Shown: piece by piece, positions 23,393 to 36,168 of the stretch
Layout of the letters: every line of letters starts with the position of its first letter
Numbering within the stretch: the first letter of the stretch is position 1
NCBI RefSeq assembly: GCF_037042905.1
Contig: NC_087245.1
Span: forward strand, 17,486,001 to 17,550,000
DNA from: Lytechinus pictus
Lineage: Eukaryota
DNA: 64,000 nucleotides
Reading direction: 5' to 3'
Position numbers and translations under genes: made by a program
The notes under the pieces: model-generated
What the model saw: the letters and a program-made list of their open reading frames with translations, nothing else
Told to the model about the DNA's origin: nothing
Database searches by the model: none

Positions 23393-25914
23393 AATACGTA
23401 CCTTTTGAATTTATCTTTGATACAACCGATGTAGAAGAGGCTTGGCTAATATAGTATGACGTATAAATTTATATGTCTCTCTCTCACTTACACACCCTCC
23501 CTGCATGATTTTCTATTATTCATGCCATGTAAGTAGACTTAAGTTTTTGACGAAATACTGTTATGTTTTGTTTATCTGCTTATATTCCTCAGATTGTATA
23601 TTTGTTTTGCATTACCTAGTATTTTTGTTTTGAACAAAATATTGGCGAATGCCAGTGATGCTCTAATAGTAAATTCAGTTCAATTCATGTTAGCAGTAAA
23701 CAAACATACTCCAAGGAAGAACAAAACGAGTTCGGTCTAAAGTCTGTCCTTGGATGAACGGCGAGTTAATTAGTGAGATGAATAGACGAAATAAGTTTCA
23801 TAAAATGATATTAAAGTATAAGTGCTCAGAATATACTGACAATGGACAAAACATCGAGAATTACCGTTTACCCTTTCAAGCCACTTTAAATTTTAATGTG
23901 GAAGTGTGTGGACAATTGTAAAATGTTGATTTAAAACTTGTCAAATTTTGAGGATTTTCACATTTTTGAACTGTCTTACTGTTATACCATATTTTGCCCA
24001 ATTTCTGGATATATTAATGTTTTGATATATATTTCTTCATGTGTTAATTTAATATCCACATTTTGTGATCAAATAAAATTGGAAATATTCGCAATTATCT
24101 ATTTTCAACAAAACTCACTTTCTAGTTTTCCCATGAAACTGGCGGCATCACAGGTCGCCAACAAAGGCTACATTGCACCTGTGTATTCTTTTGTACTTCT
24201 TTAGAAATCGAAAGGTACATGAATTAATTTGCATTTCGTTGACACTCCTTCTTTTTTACCTCCATGGAATTATCGACCAATTTCTCTCCTTAGTTATAAT
24301 TTTTATCGAAGATTCAAGAGAGAGCTGTAGTTGCGTAACTATGGGGGGGGGGGGCAGAGATAACGGAGGAAAAAGAAGAGAATTGAGGAAGGAAGAAAGA
24401 GAGACATTGTGACAGACATTGTGGGAAATGAAAGAAGGGGAATGTAAATAATATTATTTTGATAATTTGATGAAAAATAATGTGCATAGGGTCTATGTGC
24501 TCATCACTCCTGGTGCTAATATTTACGGAAGCTTAAAAGTGCCACCGAGATGACGAGATAATTCCTCGTCTTCTCGACTTTTTGGGTCCGATAAAGCGAG
24601 ACGGTGAAATTCCAAATCTCGTCTTCTCGACTTCTCGGATACGAGAAGATGAGAAAGCGAGATTCCAAATCTCGTCTTCTCGACTTCTCGGGTATGTGAA
24701 GATGAGAAAGCGAGATTCCAAATCTCGTCTTCCCGTCTTCTCGTGTATGTGAAGGTGAGAAAGTGAGATTCCGAATCTTGTCTTCTCGACTTCTCGGGTA
24801 TGTGAAGGTGAGAAAGCGAGATTCCAAATCTCGTCTTCCCGTCTTCTCGGGTATGTGAAGGTGAGAAAGCGAGATTCCGAATCTCGTCTTCTCGACTTCT
24901 AGGGTATGAGAAGGTGAGAAAGCGAGATTCTAAATCTCGTCTTCTCGACTTCTCGGGTATGTGAAAATGAGAAAGCGAGATTCCGAATCTCGTCTTCTCG
25001 ACTTCTAGGGTATGAGAAGGTGAGAAAGCGAGATTCTAAATCTCGTCTTCTCCACTTCTCGGGTATGTGAAGATGAGAAAGCGAGATTCCGAATCTCGTC
25101 TTCTCGACTTCTAGGGTATGAGAAGGTGAGAAAGCGAGATTCTAAATCTCGTATTCTCGACTTCTCGGGTATGAGAAGATGTGAAAGCGAGATTTCAAAT
25201 GTCGTCTTCTCGACTTCTCGGGTATGAGAAGGTGAGAAGGCGAGATTCCAAATGTCGTCTTCTCGACTTCTAGGGTATGAGAAGGTGAGAAAGCGAGATT
25301 CTAAATCTCGTATTCTCGACTTCTCGGGTATGAGAAGATGAGAAAGCGAGATTTCAAATGTCGTCTTCTCGACTTCTCGGGTATGAGAAGGTGAGAAGGC
25401 GAGATTCCAAATCTCGTCTTCTCGACTTTTTCGGTATTAAAATGTACGGAAGCTTGAGAGTGCCACAATGGTAGTCTGTCGTCATCCTGAGCCATTGTTT
25501 GTCTATATATAGGCACAGAACACGGGTTAAAGCCCGATAGACCGCGGGTCCGATAGACCGCGGGTCCGATAGTCCGCGGGTCTGATAGACCGCGGGTCCG
25601 ATAGACCGTGGGTCCGATAGTCCGCGGGTCCGATAGACCGCGGTTCGATAGACTGCGGGTCCAATAGACCGCGGGTCCGATAGTCCGCGGGTCCGATAGA
25701 CCGCGGGTCCGATAGTGCGCGGTGTGTGTAAAATTATGATCAGGATATAGTGAGATCCAATTAAGAGGTCAAAAGGCCAATGATACGAGTCCATGGGGTT
25801 CAATAACGATGACCCTAAGGACAATCTACTTCAAGGAAAATATTATCCCCATATTTTTATCGTCAGGGACTGCTACCCACCCCCCCCCCGGAAATTTACC
25901 CTCTATAGACGCCA

Positions 25915-26617
25915 TACGGAGCCTCTAAAATGCCATCGACTAGACGACATGGCTAGATACTTTATCTTGCCATGTCGACTAAATAAGCTTATTATGTCCG
26001 CATGGCGCGATACGTTATTCTGCCACTTATAAAAAGTTATATGTCAACATGGCGAGATATTTTACCTTGCCAAGTCGACTTAAATAAGTTACATGTCAAC
26101 ATAGCGATATATCGGGATTCTCGCCGGGACTTGTACACTTCATATCTCGCCATGTGGACATATCGACTTGACAAGATAGAATATACCGCTATGTCGAAAT
26201 AATAAGCGTATTAATTACTTAGGCGGCGGAAGCGGTGGGGGGGGGGGACCTTTCCCCCCTAAATTTGAGGTGAGGGACGATCCCCCCTAGATTTTTAGTT
26301 GAGAACCTTTTTTTGCTTGTCAATTTGTTTTCTACGTCCCCTCCCCCCCCCTACATTGAGGTGGACCCCCCTAAAATCTTTTTGCCCCCCCCCTAATTTT
26401 GGTTGATAACCTTTTTTTTCTTGTCAAAAAATGTTGGTGGTCCTTCTTATAAATTTTGGTTGATTTGCTTGTCAAATTTGTTATCTGTGTCCATCCCAAA
26501 ATTTCAGGTGGACCCCCCTAAATTGTTTTGCCTTCCGCCGCCAATGATTGATTAAGACATGGCAAGATAAAGTACCACGCCATGTCGTCACGTTGATGGC
26601 ACTTTCAAGGATCCGTA
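25915..26617. mobile_element. second IS3EU-like element (TACGG...CCGTA)
   Basis: Imperfect TIR tacggagcctctaaaatgccatcgactagacgacatggc / gccatgtcgtcacgttgatggcactttcaaggatccgta; no clear TSD. Confidence 0.55.
26218..26546. mobile_element. hAT-like MITE
   Basis: TIR cttaggcggcggaag / cttccgccgccaatg; 8 bp TSD attaatta / attgatta. Confidence 0.7.
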
Positions 26618-26947
26618 CTAGGGGTAATTATCCGGGGTAATTGTCTGGAGGGTAAATTTCCGGGGGGGGGGTATCAGTCCCCGGCGGTAAAAATATAAGG
26701 ATAATATTTTCCTTGAAGTAGTTGTCAGGGGTTGATTGCCCTAATTGGGTTATTGTTATAGAACTCAGGCGCGGATCCAGGATTTCGTGGGGAGGGGTAG
26801 ACGTCAAAGAAAATCTGAGATTTCATTCTTAAAAACAAATTGAGGTATCTCACAAGGCCTAAATAAATAATGAGAACGCGAAGCGCGATCTTTTTTTTTT
26901 TTTTTTTTAAATAGATTTTTCATGTATTATATCCTGAAAGCCTAAGT

Positions 26948-29013
26948 CAGGGGCGGACCCAGCTTCCGCCAATAGGTTGAGGGGCCATTTTTTCACCCAT
27001 ATTTTCAAATCATATTATCAAAATTGATTTTTTTTCTTTATTTGAAGGGGTTGTCCCAGTGCCGTAATGAGCCAACAATTTCGAGGGGGCTCGATATGGT
27101 GTATCGCATAAAATTAATAAGAAGTTGCCAGTGAGCGAAGCGAGCAATCAAATATGCTGAAATTTTTATCACAAAAATACAAGGTTGTGGTAGATTTTGA
27201 CATAATATTTGGAAAATAATATTATAATTTATCCTAATTCCTTTCCTTTTCTCTCTATTTTTTCTCAGTTTTGATTCTGTCTTTTATTTTTTATTTTTTT
27301 TTTTTTGGGGGGGGGGGGCAAAACGCCCTTTTCCTAACAGTCATTTCCTAGCTTTACTTTATAAGCAACATAAATGTGTAATAATCTCTTAAGCCCTATG
27401 TAATCTAAAAATGAAATTTCATGTATTTTGTCCTGAAAATTGAACATTTTGGGCAATGTTTGTGAACCTGAACAGGACGCGTATGTAACTAGATAATTAC
27501 CACGAGCGCGAAGCGCGAGCAGAAATGTTAAATATTCGTTCTGGCCTGGTCAAATAGGGTCCTGTTAAGGATGTTTTGCAGTTAGCCATTAAGACGATAC
27601 ATATTTCAACGATTAAATAATGCAAGCGCGAAGCGCGAGCTGAACATTTTTTATATTCCAACCTAAAAAGATTAAATTTCAAATCCCCCAATGGGACATT
27701 CGATTCATGTTTGTCAATCATGAAAAAGGATGGATAATTTTTGGTATCTTCCTGCAATAATAATGCGAGCGCAAAGCGCGAGCAGAAAATTTTTGATATT
27801 CTGATTCCAAACTGGATAATTTTAGCACGTTTTGAATAAGATCAAGCTTTGTATCTCAAAAACATGCGCGCGCGTGTTTTAGAGTTAGACAGAATCCTGG
27901 CAATCTGAATACATTTCATTTTTCATCATAAAAATCAATAATGCAAGCGCAGAGCCCGAGCTGAAAATAATATTTGAAATTCCGATATTAAAAGGGTCAA
28001 TTTAAGCATTGTTTACAGCACTGTGTATATAGGGAAATTCGATAGCACTATATAACTAATGCGAGCGCGAAGCGCGAGCTGATATTTTATTATTTATTTG
28101 ACCCAGGATCGAGACATTTTAGGCCTAAGGACATTTTGTCATCATGAAGGATGACTATCTTCTATTTCTTTTCCTAAAACTTATTGATATTTATTTCTGA
28201 AAAAGGGACAATTATGAATTCATACAAATTTTATTTCATATTCATTAATCTGTTAGGCCTAATGAGTGTGTGAAATTTGTTGACAGTTCATGAGGCCTGA
28301 AAACTGGATATTTTAAGTATTTTTGTAATCATGAATAGGATTAATTGGTTGATATATTTTTAGCAAATAATGCGAGCGCAAATTGCGATCCGGATTTTTT
28401 TAATAGAATTAATATATAGGTATACATAACTCACCAATCAAAATGCGAGCGCACAGCGCTAGCTCATAGGCCTTTATTATTTTTTTTACAATCGAGACAC
28501 CTGAAAAGGTATATTTAGAGAATCTTATATGAAATATAAAAAGACAATAGGTAGACCTACTTGGCAAATAGTGCGAGCGCACAAAATGTTGCAAATGTTG
28601 ATTCAAACCATAAAACGGACATTTTCCAGAGCACTTAAAAACATAAATTGGTAAATAAAACAAAATAATGAAAGATCGATGTCCGAGCTGAATTATGTTT
28701 TGTACATTAATATCCAAACTTGATATTTTAAACTACATATCAGCCTATTGAGCAAGATATGTATCTCATCGAACAGGCAATGCGAGCGCGATGCGCGAGC
28801 GAAACTTTAATATAGTGACATTGAATATTAAAAACAAATTGTTTTCCAAGTCTTCTCCTGACCTTATTTTATTCACTCGTCTTCCTCCTTTTATGTTTCG
28901 TCTTCTTTTTTCTCCTTTCTTTCCCCCTTTTTTTTTCTTTCCCCGTTTTTCACAATTTATTTGCTCTGTCAATAGGGGGGAGGTTGCCCTCGGGCGGCCT
29001 CGATCCGCCTATG
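26948..29013 (-). mobile_element. hAT-like element, inverted relative of 33244-35206
   Basis: Ends caggggcggaccc / gatccgcctatg; the body is a reverse-complement homologue of 33244-35206. Confidence 0.7.
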
Positions 29014-29801
29014 TTAGTAGTTGTTATGATGAACACGATGCATATCTATTAAGAAATGAATGCGACCGCGAAGCGCTAGCTGAAAACTTTTATAATGATG
29101 AAATGAAAAATACATTTTCAGTTGTCAGGTTAGAATATCAAATATTTTCAGCTTGTGCTGCTCGTTCGCATAAAAAAACTGTAAGGTCGGGATGCGTATA
29201 TGACTAAACAATTTATTGATGCCAGCGCGAAGCGCGAGCTCAATTTTGTATATACTGACTTAGGAAGGACTAAGGTATAATTCCTATTCTTGAAGCAGAG
29301 GATGCATACCTCATTAATCAATTATTGCGAGCGCGTAGCGCGAGCTGAATTTGATAATAACTTTTTTTTGTGACCCTGAACAGGGTATCTATCTCGCTAA
29401 ACAGACTTAAAACTCGAAAACATTGTTTTTTCTGTGATCGTAAAAACGGGATATTTTAATTCAGCCGCATTAATTTAAGTTTTTTGGGCAGGACATATAT
29501 TTTACTATAAACAGGCAATACGAGCAATGTTGCGCCCCCGGTCGAAAATTAATTTGCATGAAGCCCTCTAAGTTCAAGGTCAATTTGGCGCCCTCGGTTG
29601 AACATAAACTTGGCGCCCCCATGTGAAATATAACTTTGCCCTCCCTCCCCCTCTCTGAAACATGTATTTGTCGCATTATGGTCAAAATTCAAATTAGCGC
29701 TCCCCTAGTTCGAACATCAATTCGGTGCCCCGCTAGATCGAACATCAATTCGGCGCCCCATAGTTCGAACGTCATTTTGGCGCCATCAAATCGACGTCCA
29801 G

Positions 29802-29956
29802 GGGAGCGTTTCATTAAAGGACTTGTCGGACGTTTTATCTGACAAGTCCCCTTTTATCCGACAGTTACCATAGAAACAGTGACTCTCAAAATAAAAATTA
29901 AGGAAAGATATCAGATCTGACAATTTGTCGGACAAAAATGTTGATGAAACGCTCCC
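29802..29956. mobile_element. PIF/Harbinger-like MITE
   Basis: TIR gggagcgtttcat / atgaaacgctccc flanked by cag on both sides. Confidence 0.7.
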
Positions 29957-29965
29957 CAGGTCAAC

Positions 29966-30750
29966 ATCTCCCTCTTCCGTTTCGCATCTCCCTTTCTTTC
30001 TTTTTTCTTTCTCTTATCCTCATTCCCCTTCCTTCCTTTCTCTTTCTTTCTCTCTTTCGTTCCCCCTCTTCTTTCCCCCTTTTTCTTCTCTTTTCCCCCA
30101 TCTTTTCTTTCCCCCTTTTCTTCTCTTTTTCTGTCTTTTCTTTCCCTCTTTTCCTCTCTCTTTTCTCGTTTTTCCTCTCTTCCTCCCTTACTCTCTCTTT
30201 TTTTCTTCTCTCTTCCTCTCTCTCTCTCTTTTCTTATCTTTCTTCCCATCTTCCTCTCTCTTTAAATATTATTCTCTTCCTTCCTCTTTTTTTCTTCTTC
30301 TTTTCCCCCTTTTCGTTATTCTTTTCTTTTTCTTTCCTTTCCCCCTTTTTTCTCTTTTAATTTTTTTCTTCTCTCCCTCCCCTTCCTCCCTCCCTCTCCC
30401 TCTTTCTTCTCTTTCTTTCCCCTCCTCCTCTCTCTCTCTCTCTCTCTTTTCTTATCTTTCTTCCCATCTTCCTCTATTTAAAAATTCTTCTCTTCCTTCC
30501 TTTTTTTTTTCTTCCTTTTCCTCCTTTTCCTTTCTCCTTTCTTTTCTTCTCTTCTTTTTCCCTCCTCTTTTTTTCCTCTTCTTTCCCCTTTTCTTCTCCC
30601 TTTTTTCCTTTGTCTTTCCTTTCCCCTTTTTCTTCTCTTCTTCTCTTACTTTCTCCTTCTTACTCTCTCTTCTATTCTCTTCTTTTCCCATCTTCCTCTC
30701 TCTTTTTTTATTCTCTCTCTTTTCCCCTCTTCCCCCTCTTTTTTTTGAGC
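29966..30750. repeat. CT-rich low-complexity polypyrimidine tract
   Basis: About 780 bp almost entirely C/T, with an internal duplicated block. Confidence 0.9.
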
Positions 30751-32329
30751 TGGGGTGGGGGGGGGGGGGGTGAGGCAGTTCCCCCTCCGCCAACCATGGA
30801 TCCGCACCTGATAGAACCCCATGGCCTCGTATCATTTGACCTTTGGACCTCTCGATGACATTTGATATATCTGATCATAATTTTACACACACTGCGGACT
30901 ATCGGACCCGCGGTCTATCGGACCCGCGGACTATCGGACCCGGGGTCTATAGGACCCGCGGTCTAACGGACCCGCGGTCTAACGGACCCGCGGTCTATCG
31001 GGATGTCCCCAGAACACGAGCCCTCTCGCCTCTGTAAAAAATGGCTCCTCGTTGACCGCGCTGTCCTGTCTTTTCGCCTTTTTACGGAAGCTTAAGAGTG
31101 CCACCGAGATGACGAGATAATTCATCGTCTTCTCGACTATTTTGGTCCAATAAGGCGAGAAGGTGAAATTCCAAATCACGTTTTCCCGACTTCTCGGGTA
31201 CGAGAAGGGGAAAAGGCGACATTTGGAATCTCGTCTTACCGACTTCTCGGGTACGAGAAGGGGAGAAGGCGACATTCCAATTCTCGTCTTCCCGACTTCT
31301 CGGGTACGAAAAGGGGAGAAGGCGACATTCCGAATATCGTCTTCCCGACTTCTCGGGTACGAGAAAATGAGAAGGCGAGATTTGGAATCTCGTCTTCCGA
31401 CTTCTCGGGTACGAGAAGGTGAGAAGGCGAGATTTGGAATCTCGCTTTCTCATCTGCTCATACCCGAGAAGTCGAGAAGACGAGGTTTGGAATCTCGCTT
31501 TCTCACCTTCACATACCCGAGAAGTCGAGAAGACGAGATTTGGAATCTCGCTTTCTAATTTCCTCATACCCGAGAAGTCGAGAAGACGAGGTTTGGAATT
31601 TCGCTTTCTCACCTTCACATACCCGAGAAGTCGAGAAGACGATATTTGGAATCTCGCTTTCTCATCTTCACATACCCGAGAAGTCGAGAAGACGAGATTT
31701 AGAATCTCGCTTTCTCATCTTCGCATACCCGAGAAGTGGAGAAGACGAGATTCCAAATGTCGCCTTCTCATCTGCTCATACCCGAGAAGTCGAGAAGACG
31801 AGATTTTGAATCTCGCTTTCTCACCTTCACATACCCGAGAAGTCGAGGAGACGAGATTTAGAATCTCGCTTTCTCATCTTCACATACCCGAGAAGTCGGG
31901 AAGACGAGATTTGGAATCTCGCTTTATCGCCTTCTCGTATCCGAGAAGTCGAGAAGACGAGATTTGGAATTTCACCGTCTCGCCTTATAGGACAAAAAAA
32001 GGCTGAGAAGACGAGATACCGGATCACGCCTTCTCGCTTTATCGGACCCAAAAAGTCGAGAAGACGAGGAATTATCTCGTCATCTCGGTGGCACTTTTAA
32101 ACTTCCGTAAATATTGCCTGATTAGATACATAATCCCGTTCAAGAGGATTAAATGGAGCCATGCATTTTCAAGTCATACACCAAATATTTTTCCTCGAGC
32201 GCTCGCCTGGCCTAATTCGCTTTGTGAATTAGGATATCCCTCGCTTCGCTCGGGAAGCAGCCGCCAGGGCCTCGACAAGCATGACAAGAGGCTACGTCAG
32301 TGGCTGTTCAGACAGCAGCATCAAATGCA

Positions 32330-32600
32330 GCACCATCAACCGGAAAAATTATACAGTAAAAATTATTTCTACAGGAGCACCTCAAGGCTCAGTCCTTGGG
32401 CCGCTGCTATTTACCATCTTTATTAACGATCTACCAATACAAGTCGAGACGTTTTCTCATGTACTGTTGTAATGTTTGGTCTAATCGATTTCTAAACAAT
32501 AACGAAATACTTAATCAACTGCACAAGCGAGCAGCGTATAGGGCTATTATATCCGGTTTCTCTTGGATGACCCCATCAAAACAGGTATTTTATCAACTTA
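32330..32600 (+). mobile_element. ancient CR1/L2 RT remnant, also present at about 48370-48710
   Basis: TGAPQGSVLGPLLFTIFINDLP; present in both units, so it predates the duplication. Confidence 0.7.
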
Positions 32601-33243
32601 CAACCAGCACAACAAAATGTTGATTTGATTTGAATAAAAAGAGAAAAATCCAAAAAGCATAACACTTAAAATTTCATCAGAATCGGTTGTAAAATGAGAA
32701 AGTTATGACATTTTAAAGTTTTGCTTAATTTCAAATTTTCTCCTCATCGTCAAGTGAAATAACGATTAATTCTTCCCTGAACCCGTGGAATTAACATCGT
32801 ATAGATGTGCATGGACGTCATTGGACGAAGCGGGTATTGGACGAAACTGGGTCGACGGACGAACTGACTGACAATTTGGTCGAAATGATTATGTCGGGGC
32901 ACTGTGGGCAATGGTAATGGACCTGAATCAGCAAAGCCCCCCCCCCCCAAAAAAAAAAAAAAAAAAAAAAAAACGAAAGAAGGAAGGAAAGAAAAATGGG
33001 CTAAGGTAATCAATTTCAATGGGGTTTTATTGACCAAATGTCGTATATTCCCTGGAATCTTTCCGTCATCTGACAGAAGAAAAAAAAAGACACCTTTGTT
33101 TCAAGACTCGTGAAATTTACAAAAAATTTTAGGTGTAAGTCATGAATATTCATATATTCCCATGTCCCACTTTTTAAATACATTTTTTAGTTATTTATCT
33201 GCATCTTCACTTCGTTATTGCGTTGTTTTAAGTTATACTAATT

Positions 33244-35206
33244 CATAGGCGGATCCAGGGGGACCGAGGGGCCCAGGCCCTCCCAATTGGCGGAGCAACA
33301 AAAAAAGAAAAAAAAAGGAAAGAAAGAAAAAAGGGAAAAGAGAGGAGAAAAAAGGAGAGGAGGAAGACGAGTGAATGAAAAAAAAGATTAAAATGAGGGG
33401 AAGACTTGGAAAATAAAAAGAATATTTCATGTCACTAGGTCTATATAAAATTTTCGCTCGCGCTTCGCGGTCAAACTGTTAGGTGATTTACATAACTTGT
33501 TCAACGTGGAGCTTAAATATCAATTTCACCTCGGAAATCAAACTTTCATTATTTTGTGTGATTTACAAATTGATTTTTATAAAGTGCTCTTTACAAATAT
33601 TTTGATTTATCAGGTACTTATTATTTTCGTGTATTCCATACAATTTTCAAAATATCCCTTTTCAGGTCTGATTGTCAAAACGTATCAGCTAGCGCTGCTC
33701 GATCGCCTTTTGATTGGCGAGTTATGTATGTGTCAATTTTGATTACGCAACAAACTACTTAAAATCCTTTGTTCATGACTGCATGAATTTCTACTCGCGA
33801 TTTGCACTCACATTAATTCCGCGCCCTCATTATGCATTGATAAATAAGATATCAATTTAATAATTAAATTGTCCCTTTTGTTTCATCTCGCGCTTGGCAA
33901 GAGGAATAGAAAGATAGTCATCATTTTTGTATGATGACATGTCCTAAGGATGTCCCGGTCCTATGTCAAAACTATGTCAAAAGTAATAATAATGAAAAAT
34001 ATCAGCTCTTTATTAAGTGCAATCTATATCCACCTCACAATTTTCCTACAAAGTGCTTGAAATAATGAGCTGAATTTGACCCTTTTTAGATCGGAATATC
34101 AAATATTTTATGCTCGCGCTTCGCGCTCGCTTTGATTTCCATGATAATATGTACTTTTAGAATGCCTAGATTGTAGGATTAAATCTGAAACAGGCGCGCG
34201 TGCATCTGCTCGCGCTTTGTCCTCGCATTATTAATGTAGGAAGATCCCTTATTACTCATCCTTTTCATGACAATACATAATAGAGTGTCCCGTTTTTAGG
34301 TCTAAATCTCGATTTTTTCCGCTCGCGCTTCGCGCTCGCATCAATTGTTTAGTTATCACGATTACAAATATTGATTAAAATTTTCCATTCTTTACGTACT
34401 AGAAATGTCAAAAATTTTCAGCTCGCGCTCGCATTATATTGATTGTTGAAATATTTAACGTCTTCATGGCTAAGTGCTAGCAGTCCTTAACAGGTAGGGC
34501 CTACCTTTTCGATCAGTTCAAAACTCTGCTCACGCTTTGCGCTCGCATTATTAATGTAAGGAAGATCCCCAATTACTCATCCTTTTCATTATTTAAAAAA
34601 CATGAATAGAGTGTCTCGTTTTTAGGTCTAAATCTCGAAATTTTCGGCTTGCTCTTCGCCCTCGCATCAATTGTTAAGTTATATACCTGTTCTGTTTAAA
34701 TTACAAAAAGTGCATAGAATTTCCAATCTTTAGGTAAAAGTGTCAAAAAATTTCAGCTCGCGCCTGACGCTCGCATTATTTGATTGTTGAAAATTATGTA
34801 ACGTCTTCATGGCTAACTGCAAGCAGTAGGTAGGGCGTAGGCCTACCTTTTCGATTAGTTCAAAACGTGTATTAAAAATTTCTGCTCGCGCTTCTCGTTC
34901 GTAGTAGAGTTGCATACACATCTTTTTCAGGATAACAAACATTGCCTACAATGTCCAAATTTTAGGGAAAAATACATAAAATAAAAAAGATTGCTCGCTT
35001 CGCGCTCGCATTATATAAATTATGATTATGATATTATATATTTATGTTGATTTATAAGAGTAATGCTAAGAAGCAACTATTAGAACCACCCCTTCAAAGA
35101 AACAAACAAAAATCATGTTCGAGCGGCCGATCGGGGAAAATATGGCTGAAAAAAAATTCCGCCCACCCCCCCCCCCCCCTATTGGCGAAGGCTGGATCCG
35201 CCCCTG
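33244..35206 (+). mobile_element. hAT-like non-autonomous element with 6 bp TSD, ~0.9 kb upstream of the copy 2 ATG
   Basis: Ends cataggcggatcca / tggatccgcccctg; TSD CTAATT (33238-33243 and 35207-35212); empty site ttatactaattgtcttg at 51001. Confidence 0.8.
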
Positions 35207-36144
35207 CTAATTGTCTTGTTATTGTATTTGTATATCATAAAAGCCAAGTCCACCCCAGCAATCAAGAAGTGGATTTGGAGAAAATGGAGAAAAATCAAAC
35301 TACTATAATTATAACGCTGCATCATGAGACGGCTATTCTGATTGGAGGTTTACTAGGCATTTAATTAATTAAAGTTCTCATCGAGGAAAAGTTCTTCATC
35401 ACGGTCAAATGTTATTAATGCTTGATCGAGAGCTCGATAACTCTCTAAACTATTGTGGTGGCAGCATACTATTTTCAAAAGGTTATTTTGATAGGGTCTC
35501 GCATTACAATAGAGACGGGCACATTACCTCAATAGGCAAATCCTTGTTGGGCCTATTTAAAGCGACACATTTTGCAAATTGCATGTCTTTTCTCTAAACA
35601 ACCTCTAAATGTAAACTGAAACTAATCAAACTAATTACTCTGTCAGAGTTGTATAAAGGGCTTATCCCATTCATCAAAATCTACGGCAATTTTTTTTTTT
35701 TCGCTTAAATCTGTATGCCAGAGTGCACATAATAATGACTCTAATCCTCGGTAAACTTGAGCAAAAGTTGCCATAATTAAGCGAACCTTTTAAATAAAAT
35801 TCACAATTATCGATTATACCATCACGACAACTTGATACTTTATATATAATGTATACCAATTTGATGAGCATCAATAGCAAAGGCCAGATATTGCAGAATA
35901 AATATAATATTCATGAACTTCTTTGTGATAGCTAATTATGTCCTTCATACAAACGTCCTTGGCTCGATGGCGTTATTCTCCCATGTAGCGAATGGGAGGC
36001 CTCGGTATAAAATGTTGATATCATTACTGTAACAACGGCACATTCAGATGAACAAATTCTTAATTCTGAGAGAGGAACTATACCTCTTTCACATTTCACG
36101 AAACTATTTGAAGATTTCCTTCTGCTGCTCTCAGGACTCGGTGC

Positions 36145-36168
36145 ATGAAAAAAACATCAGTAATCATG
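36145..36168 (+). CDS. copy 2 exon 1 coding part
   Basis: ATG AAA AAA ACA TCA GTA ATC ATG | gtaagc. Confidence 0.6.

Larger units (their letters stand above)
26766..30810. mobile_element. hAT-like non-autonomous element
   Basis: TIR caggcgcggatcca / tggatccgcacctg; 8 bp TSD atagaact / atagaacc. Confidence 0.75.
25525..31009. mobile_element. MULE-like long-TIR element with 16 bp tandem subterminal repeats
   Basis: 9 bp TSD CAGAACACG (25516-25524 and 31010-31018); (gatagaccgcgggtcc)n on the left mirrored by (ggacccgcggtctatc)n on the right; TIR extends several hundred bp. Confidence 0.75.
24524..32109. mobile_element. IS3EU-like non-autonomous foldback element with ~51 bp subterminal tandem repeats, hosting nested TEs
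   Basis: Termini TACGGAAG / CTTCCGTA with ~55 bp near-perfect TIR; 6 bp TSD AATATT (24518-24523 and 32110-32115); empty site ggtgctcatattgtctga at about 48157-48174. Confidence 0.8.

Noticed and set aside
24524..25430. CRISPR-like regular ~51 bp repeats (also 31083-32109, and the 16 bp repeats at 25535 and 30900)
   Set aside because: Units are tandem with no unique spacers, no cas genes are present, the context is eukaryotic, and they are subterminal repeats of TIR elements
29911..30858. 282 aa Phe/Ser/Leu-rich and Lys/Arg/Glu-rich ORFs
   Set aside because: Low-complexity CT tract that lacks stop codons
31082..32006. ORFs of 131-195 aa with SRRRDLESRFL repeats
   Set aside because: Artefact of a 51 bp (17-codon) tandem repeat that is open in several frames on both strands
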